Positions 49,470 through 58,823 are shown, numbered from the stretch's first letter. The stretch is 64,000 nucleotides of DNA from an uncultured bacterium (GCA_963695095.1 CAVOFT010000001.1:725981-789980); one strand, 5' to 3'. Made by a program: numbers and translations. Notes: generated by a model from the sequence alone, not told the origin.

Positions 49470-49930
49470 CGCGAGCCTCCCTCGCCGCTCGCGGCGGCCA
49501 GGGCGATCCGGGGCCAGCCGGCCTCGCGGGCGATGTCCATGGTCGCCACGATGCGCTCGTAGCGCGTGTGCGGCGCCGAGACGATGATGATGTCCTTCTC
49601 GGCCGGATGCGTAGCGGCCAGCTCGCCGAGCAATGCGCCCAGGCGCGCGACGCCGGTCGGGCCATCGTCGCCCGCCGCGGGCGCGAGGCCCCGGCCCGCC
49701 AGGCGCCAGCCCCGCTCCTCCAGGCGCAGGGACAGCTCGAGGCCGGCCTCGTCGGTCGCCGGCGCGCTCGCATCGTCCGCGGGCATCTGCATGTCGATCA
49801 CGGTCACCTGCAGGAAGACGGCCGAGATCAGCAGCATCGGGATCAGCGCCACGAAGATGTTCATCAGCGGCAGCATCTCCAGCTCCTCGGCGACGAGCTG
49901 CCGGAAGCTGCCGCGCGCGCGGCGGCCCAT
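49466..49930 (-). CDS. ExbD/TolR-family protein, copy 1
   Basis: The 154-aa ORF contains LPLMNIFVALIPMLLISAVF and IIIVSAPHTRYERIVATMDIAREAGW. It overlaps its downstream neighbour by 4 nt. Confidence 0.8.
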   Translation of the reverse strand: MGRRARGSFRQLVAEELEMLPLMNIFVALIPMLLISAVFLQVTVIDMQMPADDASAPATDEAGLELSLRLEERGWRLAGRGLAPAAGDDGPTGVARLGALLGELAATHPAEKDIIIVSAPHTRYERIVATMDIAREAGWPRIALAAASGEGGSR

Positions 49931-49931
49931 G

Positions 49932-50579
49932 CTAGATCTCCTCCGTGCCGCCCGTGAGCAGGCTGATCAGGCGCACGCTGAGTGCGTCCACGTTGTCGAC
50001 GATGCCCTCCACCTTGCTCACCAGGAAGCCGTGGATGAGCAGGGCCGGCACGGCGACGATGAGGCCGAAGGCCGTCGTGTTCAGCGCCTGGCTGATGCCC
50101 GCGGCGAGAAAGGCCGAGCGCTGGGAGGGATCGGCGGCGTCCACGGCGTTGAAGGCGGTGGTCAGGCCGAAGATGGTGCCCAGCAGGCCGAGCAGGGTGG
50201 CCGTGTTGGCCAGCATGTTCAGGTAGGAGAGCCGGCGGCCCAGCGGGGGCAGCACCACGGTGGCGGCGCTGTCGGCCGCCGCCTGCAGGGTCTCTTCGCT
50301 CGCCGCGGCCGCGCCCTCGCGCTGCAGGATGGCCTTGGCAACGCGCGTGACCGGGGACTCCACCTTCTGGCAGAGCGCGACGGCCCCGCCCTTGTCGCCG
50401 CGGCGCACCAGGCGCAGCAGGTCGCGGCTCATCTTCGTGGAGTTGAGCTGGGCCGCGCGCTGGATCACCCAGAGTCGCTCCAGGCTGAGGGCGAAGACCA
50501 GCAGGCCGGTGATCAGGATCACGATCATGAAGGGGCCGCCGTTCTTGAAGAAGGCGGCGAAGGTGGCGACGGGGTTCAT
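49932..50579 (-). CDS. MotA/TolQ/ExbB-family proton-channel protein
   Basis: The 215-aa ORF has three TM segments. It contains LANTATLLGLLGTIFGLTTAF and ISQALNTTAFGLIVAVPALLIHGFL. Confidence 0.85.
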   Translation of the reverse strand: MNPVATFAAFFKNGGPFMIVILITGLLVFALSLERLWVIQRAAQLNSTKMSRDLLRLVRRGDKGGAVALCQKVESPVTRVAKAILQREGAAAASEETLQAAADSAATVVLPPLGRRLSYLNMLANTATLLGLLGTIFGLTTAFNAVDAADPSQRSAFLAAGISQALNTTAFGLIVAVPALLIHGFLVSKVEGIVDNVDALSVRLISLLTGGTEEI

Positions 50580-50582
50580 GCC

Positions 50583-50936
50583 TCACTCCTCGACTACGGG
50601 GTTGGGTCCGGGATCCTGCGCAGCCGGCCGGCTCGTCGGCAGGGCCGCGGCGCGCAGCGCAAGCTGTGGGGGCGGCGCGGGCTCGAGCAGGCCGGCGGCG
50701 GCGATGAGTTGCCAGCCCAGGCGCAGCTCGACGCGGGCCGGCTCGCGGGCGTTGATGAAGAGCACTTCCGGGCCCTTCGCCACGCCCTCGATGGTGATGG
50801 CCTCCAGGCTGCGTTCGGCGCCGCCGGCGGTCGGCTGGGGCTCCGCGGCTGCCGCCGCCCGTTCGGTCGCCGCTGCTGCCGGAGCGAGCGCGAGGGCCAG
50901 CAGGAGCGCGATCCGCAGCGCCTCAGTTCGCATCAT
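50583..50936 (-). CDS. Small secreted protein (117 aa), uncharacterised
   Basis: The signal peptide is MMRTEALRIALLLALALAPAAAA. The ORF ends 3 nt before the ExbB start and overlaps the upstream gene end. Confidence 0.55.
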   Translation of the reverse strand: MMRTEALRIALLLALALAPAAAATERAAAAAEPQPTAGGAERSLEAITIEGVAKGPEVLFINAREPARVELRLGWQLIAAAGLLEPAPPPQLALRAAALPTSRPAAQDPGPNPVVEE

Positions 50937-51846
50937 GCTTCGCCTCCGGGTCGGGTGCCGGGGCCGGCGGGCTGAGCGCGAGATGGCCCGCGGCCGGCGC
51001 GCCGGCCAGGGCGCGGCCCAGGGCATCGGGATCCACGCCGCCGCCGGGCGCGAGCCGGCGGTAGGCGAGGAAGTGCGCGCGGGCCGCCGCCTCGTCGAAG
51101 CGATAGTTCAGCGCCACGATGGCCAGGTTGTAGTGGGCGCCCGCGCAGCGCGGATCGAGGGCGAGGGCGCGCTCGAACTCGGCGGCGGCCGCCTCGGGCC
51201 GGCCCGCATAGAGGAGGCCGATGCCCAGGTTGTTCGCCGCGGCGGCCGAGCGGGGCGCCGCCTCGGCGGCCGCGCGCAGGTGGGGCTCGGCGGCAAAGGG
51301 ATTTTCTCCGCGCAGGAGAAGGAAGCCCAGCGCGGCGGCCGTGCCCGACGCCTCCGGATCCAGTGCGCGGCTCAGGCGGGCCGATTCCTCCAGCTCGCCG
51401 AGCGCGTCGAGCTGCAGCGCGAGGGCGGCCGTCAAGGGGCCTCTGGGCTCGGCGCCGCCAGCCAGCGCCGCGCGCAGCAGCGCGGCCCCTGCGGCGAACT
51501 CGCCCGCCGCGTAGTGCAGCTTCGCCCGCAGGCTCAGCGAGGGAGCGTCGAGGGGATCCGCCGCCAGGGCGGCGTCCAGCGCAGCGCCCGCCGCCGGCAG
51601 GGAATCGACGGCCGCCAGCAGCGCGGCCAGGCGATAGGGCCAGTAGGGCTCCTGGGGCGCCCGGGCCGCCCAGGCGCGCAGCGAGTCCCCCTCGGCCGCG
51701 AGCTGCGCGCCGGCGTCTGCGGGCCGCGTGGCCGGCGCCTGGAGCGCACCGCCTCCCGCGCAGCCGGCCAGGACCGCGACGGCGAGCGGTGCCAGCGCCC
51801 GGGGGCGCGCGCAGCGGCTTGCAATCTGGAGCAGGCGGGACGGCAT
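50923..51846 (-). CDS. TPR-repeat lipoprotein
   Basis: The start at 51846 gives MPSRLLQIASRCARPRALAPLAVAVLAGCAGG, which contains a lipobox. TPR-like repeats are present (NNLGIGLLYAGRPEAAAAEFERALALDPRCAGAHYNLAIVAL). Confidence 0.7.
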   Translation of the reverse strand: MPSRLLQIASRCARPRALAPLAVAVLAGCAGGGALQAPATRPADAGAQLAAEGDSLRAWAARAPQEPYWPYRLAALLAAVDSLPAAGAALDAALAADPLDAPSLSLRAKLHYAAGEFAAGAALLRAALAGGAEPRGPLTAALALQLDALGELEESARLSRALDPEASGTAAALGFLLLRGENPFAAEPHLRAAAEAAPRSAAAANNLGIGLLYAGRPEAAAAEFERALALDPRCAGAHYNLAIVALNYRFDEAAARAHFLAYRRLAPGGGVDPDALGRALAGAPAAGHLALSPPAPAPDPEAKHDAN

Positions 51847-51926
51847 GGCGCTCCTCGTGCTTTCCCACGCCGCCGGTCGGGGTTGCCGCGGCGCGCTGAA
51901 ATCACTGCTCGCAAGTCGCATACCCA

Positions 51927-54900
51927 TCAAGGACGTAGCGGCGGATCAGAGGCCGCCACCAAGGGGAATTCCAGCTCGGGCAGGTGCAGGAAGCGCCGAG
52001 CAATCCGCGGCCACAACTCGTTTTTGGTGATTGCGACCCAGTTGTCCGGGTCTTCATCCGTGGGATCGGCCAGGCGCACGAGCTCGCTCCAGGTCTGCTC
52101 GCCGCGGGCGTGGAGTTCCCAGGCGCGATCCTCGAGCACCTCGAGATAGGCGAGACGGTCGTCGCCGGCGAGGGCCGCGGGCGCCGGGGCGGCGAGCAGC
52201 GCGTCGCCCAGCTCGTAGAGCGACTGGCCGAGCAGGTGCGCTGCCGCCCGCGACCAGCGCCGACTGCCGCGGGCGAGCACGTGCTGGCTCTGCTCGGCGA
52301 GGGCAGCGAGCAGGGCCTGCTTGCGCTCGAGGCCGGCCTCCAGCGGCGCGGCCAGGGCGACCGCCGCGAAGTCCCGGTGAAGAGCCAGGCAGGCGAGGTA
52401 GTCGACGTGGGCGAGCAGGTCCGCATCGGCGAGAGCGGGCTGCCGGGCGGCGCCGTCGAGATAGGCGGCGAGGGGACCGCCCGCCGCCCGGGCGTCGGCG
52501 AGGGGGGCGTCGCCCCGGGCCGCGAGCGCGGCGAGGGCGCGCGCGTGGAGAATCTCCGTGAGCGCCGCCGGGTGCGCGGGGAAGCGCGCGAGGAACTCGT
52601 CGCGATAGCGCTCGGCATCGGCGGCTCCCGCCGCGCCCGCCGCGAGATCGATGGCATGGAGCAGGGCAGCGGGTGCCTGGGCCAGCTCCTCGGCGCTGCG
52701 CGCGCCGGCGGCATAGGCGGCCAGGGCGGCGGCGGCCCGCCGCGGTGCGACCTTCGCGAAGAGCGCGGCTATCTGCAGCCGGGCATCGCCGGCGAGGCGG
52801 CTGTCCGGATGGCCTTCGGCCAGCGCGGTGAAGGCGCCGGCCGCCGCCTCGCGCTCGCCGCAGGCGGCGAAGCCCAATCCCGCGCGGTAGTGGGCCTCGT
52901 CTGCAAGCGCAAAGGCGGGCCAGGCGGCGGCGAGATCGGCGAAGCGGCGCGCGCCGGCGCAGTCGCTGCTGTCGGCGGCCATGGCCGCTGCGGCGGCGAG
53001 GAAGTGGCTCTCGGGCACGCGCAGGGCGAGGGCCGCGCCGAGGCTGTCGGCGCTCGCGGCGCCCGTGCCGCCCGCCGCACGCGCTGCGAGCGCGAGAGCC
53101 TCCTCGTAGCGCGAGGCGGCCGCGGCGGCCTCGCCCGCGCGGCTCAGGGCGTCTCCGCTGCGGGCGGCGGCCAGGGGGGCGGCCGCGTGGGCGGGCCAGC
53201 GCCGGGCGAAGGCCGCGAAGCCGGCCGCCGCTTCCCGGTGCCGAGCATCGCCGTCGCGCAGGCTGGACAGGCGCCAGAGCAGGGCCGGCGCGCGGGCGTC
53301 ATTCGGCTGGCGATCGAGATAGCGATCGCCGGCGGCGAGGAAGCGCGCGCGGGCGGCGGGGAGGGCATCGCCCGCGGCGGCGCCCTGCAGGGCATCGAGC
53401 AGGGCCAGGGCCTGCCAGTCGGCGAGGGCGGCCAGGTCCGCGTCCTCGGCGGCGCAGGCATAGTGGGCGAGGGCGGCCTCGCCGTCGCCCAGCTGCGCGG
53501 CCGCCTCGCCCGCTGCGAGTTGCCGGCGGGAGCGCTCGGCATCCTCGGGCCAGTGGGCGAGCAGCAGTTCGAGGCTCTCGCGCGCCCGGTGCCAGTCGCC
53601 GGCCGCCCCCCGCGCGCGGGCGCGAGCGAGGGCCTGGCTGGCCCGCTCGATCAGGCAGGCGCGCGCGAAGTCGCCGGCCGCCTGGGCAAGACTGTCCTCG
53701 GCCGCGCTGCGCGCTGCCTGCCAGCCGCTGCCCGGACGGAAGTGCAGAGCGAGCGTGCCCAGCTCGGCATCGACGCGCGTGGAGTCGCCGACGGCCCGGC
53801 GGTCGGCGAGCAGCAGCTGCGCCTGGGCGAGGGTGCCCGGCGCCAGCGGCCAGCGGGCAAGCCAGAGCGAGTCGGCGGCGGCCGCTTCCGCATGGAAAGC
53901 GTAGCTGCGCAGCAGGTCCGCCACATCCGTGAGCAGCGTCGGCGCGTAGGGCCGCTCGCCCTCACCCGCGAAGAAGCCCGCCCAGGCGGGCGCGCCGCCC
54001 GCCCGGGCCAGACATTCGGCGAGATGCGCCCGGGCCTCCCGAGCCAGCGACGCGCCGGCGCCGGCCGCGGCCTCGGCTTCCAGGTCGATGAGTCGGCGAT
54101 AGAGCGCTGCGGCCTCGAGGAAGCGATCCTCGCCGTAGCGAAGCCAGCCCAGCGTGTAGAGCGCCACGCGCGTCAGTTCGGGGCTGCCCGTGGCGGCCAC
54201 GGCGTCGTAGTGCAGGGCCGCCCGCGCGCGGTCGCCGCGGGCGAGGGCGCGCTCGGCGAGCCGAAGACGCGCCTGCGGCAGTTCGGGTGCCTCCGGGTGC
54301 TCGGCCAGCAGCGACTCGAGCTGGGCCTCGCCCTCGGGATCGCCCTGCTCGTCGAGCAGCATGCCGAGATTGAAGCGCACGGCGCCGCGGCCGGGATAGT
54401 CCGCGTCCTCGGCGAGGATGGCGCGGTAGAGCGCGCAAGCCGGCTCGAGATCCAGGAAGGGCGCCAGGGCGCGCTCGGCGGCGGCGTCGGCCGCGCCCTC
54501 CGCGCCGAGGAAGGCGGCCATGCGCGCGGCGAAGGCCTCGCGCGCCTCATTCAAGCGCAACTCGGCGAGATGGAAGCGCAGCTCCCCGCGCGCCGTCGAC
54601 TGCGGGTGGGCGGCGAGGAAGGCTTCGCAGCGCAGGCGCGCCTCGGCGTGGGCCGCGCTGGCAAGGGCGCCGCCAGCGGGAGTCTCGCTGCGCTGCAGCG
54701 CCGCCTCCGCGAGCTGGTAGTCGAGCAGCTCCTGCTCGGCGTCCAGGCGCTTCAAGCGCTCGGCGATGAGCCAGGCTGCTGCGCGCCCCTTTTGCGCGGC
54801 GAGGCGGGCGGCAGCGCTTGCCGCCTCGGCATGGGCAGCGGCCAGCGCGGCGCTCAGCGCCTCGCCCTGGGGATCGCCGGCGGCCAGGCAAGCGGCCAGC

Positions 54901-56543
54901 CTCGCCTCGATGTCCAGAGCGCCCGCTGCCTGCGCGCCGAGCGCAGCGGCGGCCAGGGCGGGCCAGCCCGAGAGCCGCGCGCGGCCCGCACCCAGGGTCG
55001 CCGCCAGTTCGCCCGGCAGCCAGGCCGCGTAGTCGCGGCCATAGCCAGCCAGCTCGGCGGCGAGAGCGCCGTCGGCGGCCAGCACGCTGTCGGCATCGAG
55101 CGCTCTCCGCGCGCGGCGAGCCCGGGGCCCCTCCAGCCGCAGATGAACGAGCGCAGCCTGCGCCTCGGCCTGAAGCGCGGCGCGGCGGACGAGGCGCGCG
55201 GCGCGGGCGAGCAGCGCGTCGCGATAGGCGGCGATGAAATCGGCGAGCCCCGCCTCGGCCCTGCCCGCGGCGGCGCTCAGGCTGTCGACCGGCAGGCCCG
55301 TCGCGGCGAGCGCCGCCCGCAGGGCGGCCAGGCGCGCGGCCTCGTCCTCGAGATGCCGGCGGCGCGCGGCGCGGTCCGCTTCATGGGCGCTGAGGGCCGC
55401 GGCCGCCTGGGCGGCGGCCCAGCGGGTCGCAGCCAGCGCGTCGTCGGCGGCGGCCAGGCTGTCGTGGAAGGCCGGCGCCAGGACGAGCGCCGGGCCGCGC
55501 GCCGGCTCGAGCTGGAGCAGGGCGCCGGCGCTGCGGCCGGCCTCGCCGAGGGCGAGGCGGCGATCGGCGGCGGCCTCGGCGATGGCCGCCTCGAGAGCAG
55601 CGCGCGCTGCGGCGCTGATCACGAGGCCGCCGGGCCGCGCCAGTGCGAGCAGGGAATCGGCGGCGACGGCGGGATCGAGCGCGGCCAGCTGCGCGCGCTC
55701 GGTGCGGCGCGCCGCTTCGAGCGCGACGAGCAGGGACCAGGCCGCTTCGCCATCTCGCGCATCGAGCAGGCGACGTGCGGCGAGCAGGGCGGGCTCGCCG
55801 CCGGCGGCCGGCTCTGCCGGCAACGCGCGGCGGGCGGCGTCGGCCACCAGGGCGCGCTCCCAGGCCTGGGCGGGCGCCTGCGCTGCGAGGGCGCGCCAGT
55901 GGGAGAGCGCATCCTCGCCGGTGGCTTCGGCCAGCCGGGCCGCGAGCTGCAGGCGCAGCAGGGTGGGCAGCGCCCCATCCGCTGCGGCCAGGAGCGCTCG
56001 CGCCCGGGCCAGCGCCTCCGTCCGCGCTTCCGCTGGCGCGCCGGCGGCGCGGCTCAGGGCCCGCTCGATGGCGAGGGCGGCCAGGAGCGGCGGGTCGCCG
56101 GGCTGCCAGTCCTCGCTGCGCTCGGCGAGCAGGGCCAGCGCGCGCCGGGCCGAAGCGGCCTCGCCCGCGGGGCGGGCAGCCAGGGCTGCGAGCGCGGCGC
56201 CGTCACCGGCCTCGGCGGCAGCGAGCGCTGCGAGAAGCGAGGCCCGCTCGGCGTCCGCCCTGCCCAGCAGCGCGGCATCGATGGTCGCCAGCGGCAGGAG
56301 CGCCACTGCCGGCGCGCTCAGTCCCCAGAGGCCGAGACTGCGGCCGAGCCCGAGGGCGGCCGCAGTAGCGGGATCCAGCGGCTGGGGCAGGGGCGCGAGG
56401 CGAGCCCGGCCGCCGGCAGCGGGCGCCGCAGTCCCCGCCTCGGCCTCGGCGGCGCGCGCCGGCTCCGCCAGCGGGGCCAGGCCGGGCAGGCCCAGCGCGA
56501 GGGCGGCCAGCAGCGGGATCGGGAGCAGTCGACGCACGCCCAC
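51927..56543 (-). CDS. Giant (1538 aa) secreted alanine-rich TPR-like repeat protein
   Basis: The GTG start at 56543 comes 1 nt after the upstream stop. The signal peptide is MGVRRLLPIPLLAALALGLPGLAPLAEPARA. TPR-like helical pairs occur throughout (for example AEAQLESLLAEHPEAPELPQARLRLAERALARGDRARAALHYDAV and HYRAGLGFAACGEREAAAGAFTALAEGHPDSRLAGDARLQIA). The antisense strand is also fully open (ORF 51984..56570) but translates to R/G/E-rich sequence that does not look protein-like. Confidence 0.7.
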   Translation of the reverse strand: MGVRRLLPIPLLAALALGLPGLAPLAEPARAAEAEAGTAAPAAGGRARLAPLPQPLDPATAAALGLGRSLGLWGLSAPAVALLPLATIDAALLGRADAERASLLAALAAAEAGDGAALAALAARPAGEAASARRALALLAERSEDWQPGDPPLLAALAIERALSRAAGAPAEARTEALARARALLAAADGALPTLLRLQLAARLAEATGEDALSHWRALAAQAPAQAWERALVADAARRALPAEPAAGGEPALLAARRLLDARDGEAAWSLLVALEAARRTERAQLAALDPAVAADSLLALARPGGLVISAAARAALEAAIAEAAADRRLALGEAGRSAGALLQLEPARGPALVLAPAFHDSLAAADDALAATRWAAAQAAAALSAHEADRAARRRHLEDEAARLAALRAALAATGLPVDSLSAAAGRAEAGLADFIAAYRDALLARAARLVRRAALQAEAQAALVHLRLEGPRARRARRALDADSVLAADGALAAELAGYGRDYAAWLPGELAATLGAGRARLSGWPALAAAALGAQAAGALDIEARLAACLAAGDPQGEALSAALAAAHAEAASAAARLAAQKGRAAAWLIAERLKRLDAEQELLDYQLAEAALQRSETPAGGALASAAHAEARLRCEAFLAAHPQSTARGELRFHLAELRLNEAREAFAARMAAFLGAEGAADAAAERALAPFLDLEPACALYRAILAEDADYPGRGAVRFNLGMLLDEQGDPEGEAQLESLLAEHPEAPELPQARLRLAERALARGDRARAALHYDAVAATGSPELTRVALYTLGWLRYGEDRFLEAAALYRRLIDLEAEAAAGAGASLAREARAHLAECLARAGGAPAWAGFFAGEGERPYAPTLLTDVADLLRSYAFHAEAAAADSLWLARWPLAPGTLAQAQLLLADRRAVGDSTRVDAELGTLALHFRPGSGWQAARSAAEDSLAQAAGDFARACLIERASQALARARARGAAGDWHRARESLELLLAHWPEDAERSRRQLAAGEAAAQLGDGEAALAHYACAAEDADLAALADWQALALLDALQGAAAGDALPAARARFLAAGDRYLDRQPNDARAPALLWRLSSLRDGDARHREAAAGFAAFARRWPAHAAAPLAAARSGDALSRAGEAAAAASRYEEALALAARAAGGTGAASADSLGAALALRVPESHFLAAAAAMAADSSDCAGARRFADLAAAWPAFALADEAHYRAGLGFAACGEREAAAGAFTALAEGHPDSRLAGDARLQIAALFAKVAPRRAAAALAAYAAGARSAEELAQAPAALLHAIDLAAGAAGAADAERYRDEFLARFPAHPAALTEILHARALAALAARGDAPLADARAAGGPLAAYLDGAARQPALADADLLAHVDYLACLALHRDFAAVALAAPLEAGLERKQALLAALAEQSQHVLARGSRRWSRAAAHLLGQSLYELGDALLAAPAPAALAGDDRLAYLEVLEDRAWELHARGEQTWSELVRLADPTDEDPDNWVAITKNELWPRIARRFLHLPELEFPLVAASDPPLRP

Positions 56544-56544
56544 C

Positions 56545-57312
56545 TCAGTCCTGCCAGATCGTCGCCGTGATACCCGACATGTCGGCGGCCGAGTGCAGGC
56601 CGGACAGGTCGAGCTGGAGCAGGGTCAGTCGATCGCGCGGCGCCTCGGCGAGCACCTCGAGCAGCCCGCTGCCGCCGAAGCTGAACTCGAGCCGGTGCAG
56701 GCGCGGCTCCACGTACTCGTGGAGCACCTGCACGAGTCCGCCGCGGCGCAGGGCCGCGCGCTGGCCGGCATCGAGGGCCACCTGCCAGCTCCCGCCGTCC
56801 TCGTCGCGGATGGCCAGGCCCGGCGGCTCGAAGCCCGCCGGCAGGCCCTTGAGCAGGATGATGAGGGCGGTCTCCTGCTCGCCGCGCAGCAGGGCGTCGA
56901 GATCGCGCAGGCGCTGGCCCTGGGCGTCGAGCTGGCGATCCATGAGATCGAGCCGATCGGCGAGCCGGGCGAGATCGGCGATCTGGGTGGCGCCGGCCGG
57001 GCCGCTCCCGAGCAGGGCGCTCTCGGCCTGCACGCTGTCGCGCGCCGCCGCGATCTCGCCGAGGATGCGCTGCAGGAAGAGCTCGCGCTCGCTGAGCGCC
57101 TGGGCCTCGCCGTCGAGGGGCAGCGCGCGCTGGCGCAGCAGGTCGAGACGGCCGCGCAGGAAGTCGCGGTTGGCGTGGAGGAACCGCAAGTACGGCGTGT
57201 CACTGCCTTTGCTATCGGTGCGCTCGACGCGCACCGGCGCGGCCTCCTCGGCGCGCAGGGGCGCGGCCCCGGCAACGAGGATGAGCAGGGCGACGAGTCG
57301 GGCCAGGCGCAT
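56545..57312 (-). CDS. Secreted coiled-coil protein, uncharacterised
   Basis: The signal peptide is MRLARLVALLILVAGAAPLRAEE. A heptad-like central region is present (LFLQRILGEIAAARDSVQAE...LDLMDRQLDAQGQRLRDLDALL). It is tightly coupled to both neighbours. Confidence 0.6.
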   Translation of the reverse strand: MRLARLVALLILVAGAAPLRAEEAAPVRVERTDSKGSDTPYLRFLHANRDFLRGRLDLLRQRALPLDGEAQALSERELFLQRILGEIAAARDSVQAESALLGSGPAGATQIADLARLADRLDLMDRQLDAQGQRLRDLDALLRGEQETALIILLKGLPAGFEPPGLAIRDEDGGSWQVALDAGQRAALRRGGLVQVLHEYVEPRLHRLEFSFGGSGLLEVLAEAPRDRLTLLQLDLSGLHSAADMSGITATIWQD

Positions 57313-57314
57313 CG

Positions 57315-57887
57315 CTATCCCCTCCAGGTGCGGACGCGCTTGCCCGTGGCGGCATCGAGCAGCACGTAGAGCGACGGCGCGCCCGGCGCGCTGTAGACGA
57401 GGGCCCAGGTGCTGAGATCGGGCCGCTGGAGATGCAGGACCCCCCGCAGGAGCAGCAGGCTGCTGAGCCGGCCGCCGTGCTCCGCGCAGTAGGCGCGGCC
57501 GCCCGCGGCATCGCCGGCCGCGCGGGCGGCGTCCGAGTCCAGCCAGTCCGCAGCCAGGGGCGGCGCCGCGAACTCGAACTCCAGGTCGCGGGCCAGAGTG
57601 ATGCGGCCGCCGGCCAGGGAGTAGGCGCGACTGCGGCCCCGCGTTTCGGAGTGGAAGAGATAACCCCAGCGCGGCGCGGCGCCCAGGCTGTCCGGGTCGG
57701 CATCGTTCTCCACGTAGACGAGCTGCGCGTCGGGCGCCCAGCTCCGCGCCGCAGCTTCGGCCAGGGCCAGCTCGGCGCGGGCGGACACGGCCGGCGCTTC
57801 CGCGCCGAGGGCGGGAGCGGCGAGCGCCGCCAGGGCAACGAGCATCAAGGCCGGCAGGGCCGGCCGGGGCAGGCGTGTGGACGGCAT
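57315..57887 (-). CDS. Secreted protein, uncharacterised (PepSY-like pattern, weak)
   Basis: The signal peptide is LPALMLVALAALAAPALGAEA. AELALAEAAARSWAPDAQLVYVEN...RWGYLFHS and ALVYSAPGAPSLYVLLDAATGKRV are present. Confidence 0.55.
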   Translation of the reverse strand: MPSTRLPRPALPALMLVALAALAAPALGAEAPAVSARAELALAEAAARSWAPDAQLVYVENDADPDSLGAAPRWGYLFHSETRGRSRAYSLAGGRITLARDLEFEFAAPPLAADWLDSDAARAAGDAAGGRAYCAEHGGRLSSLLLLRGVLHLQRPDLSTWALVYSAPGAPSLYVLLDAATGKRVRTWRG

Positions 57888-57896
57888 GGCGGTCTC

Positions 57897-58823
57897 CTAG
57901 AAGAGCAGGCTGCTGCCGAGGCTGAACTCGACATTGTTGTTGTCCCGCCGCGCGCTGGCGGCGCCGGAGGCGAAGCGGTAGTTGCGGAATTCCCAGCGCA
58001 TGGCCATGCGCTTGCTGAAGAAGAGCAGGCTGCCCGCGCCCAGGTTGACGCTGGACTCGGTGGCGCCGCGCAGGATGCTGCTGCCCAGACCGCCGGTGAG
58101 GAAGGGCTCCATCTGCCGGCCGGGCAGGAGCTTCAGGTTGAGGTTGAACGAGTAGTAGAGCATGTGGAACTGCTCCTCCTCGAGAGCGAGGTTGAACAGG
58201 CTCTCCACGATCTCGGCCGGCCGCGCGACGCGCGTCCAGGCCAGGCCGCCCTCGATCTCCAGGTGGTCCAGCAGCTGGTAGCCGAGGCTGCCGCCGAGCA
58301 CGAGCGAGTTGCTCTTGCGATCGAAGGCATAGGCGCCGGTGTAGGCGCGCAGGCTGTAGCTGCCGACGCGGGAGAAGAGGCGGGGATTGGGGCGGAACTC
58401 CAGGCCCGAGAGATCATCGAACTCCTCGCAGAGGTCCCTGTGCACCCAGCCCGTGCGCTCATCGTCGAGGCGCAGGTTGATCCAGTCGCCGCGCTTGGCG
58501 ACAACCTTGAACGCCGCGCCGGCGCCGCCCGTGGCCACGATCGCGAACTCGGCCCCCGGCCCGCTGCGCAGCAGCTGCTCGCCGTCCCCCTTGAGCCGCA
58601 CGGACTTCTCCCGCAGCACGTGCGGGCCGTTCAGCGGCGTGGACCAGAGCGGCGCCGCGCTGGAGTCGGCGGCCGCGGGGGCCGGCATGGGCAGCGGAGC
58701 GGAGGCCAGCTGCCCGCGCGCGGGCGTCGCCCAGAGCGCGCTCAGCGCGAGAAGGAGGGTGAAGGGGCCGCTTGGACCTCGCTGCAGGAATCGGGCGGGC
58801 ACGCTGTCTCCTTTGCTGCTCAT
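57897..58823 (-). CDS. Bacterial SH3 domain fused to an outer-membrane beta-barrel domain
   Basis: A signal peptide is present. LRSGPGAEFAIVATGGAGAAFKVVAKRGDWINLRLDDERTGWVHRDL is SH3b-like. Alternating-hydrophobic beta-strands follow, ending in NNNVEFSLGSSLLF (terminal Phe). Confidence 0.65.
   Translation of the reverse strand: MSSKGDSVPARFLQRGPSGPFTLLLALSALWATPARGQLASAPLPMPAPAAADSSAAPLWSTPLNGPHVLREKSVRLKGDGEQLLRSGPGAEFAIVATGGAGAAFKVVAKRGDWINLRLDDERTGWVHRDLCEEFDDLSGLEFRPNPRLFSRVGSYSLRAYTGAYAFDRKSNSLVLGGSLGYQLLDHLEIEGGLAWTRVARPAEIVESLFNLALEEEQFHMLYYSFNLNLKLLPGRQMEPFLTGGLGSSILRGATESSVNLGAGSLLFFSKRMAMRWEFRNYRFASGAASARRDNNNVEFSLGSSLLF

Noticed and set aside
51984-56570. A 1528-aa plus-strand ORF covering the same region as the giant TPR gene.
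   Set aside because: It is the antisense of an Ala-rich gene. Its product is Arg/Gly/Glu-rich and does not look protein-like. It has no signal peptide or Shine-Dalgarno sequence, and it runs against a tightly coupled minus-strand operon.
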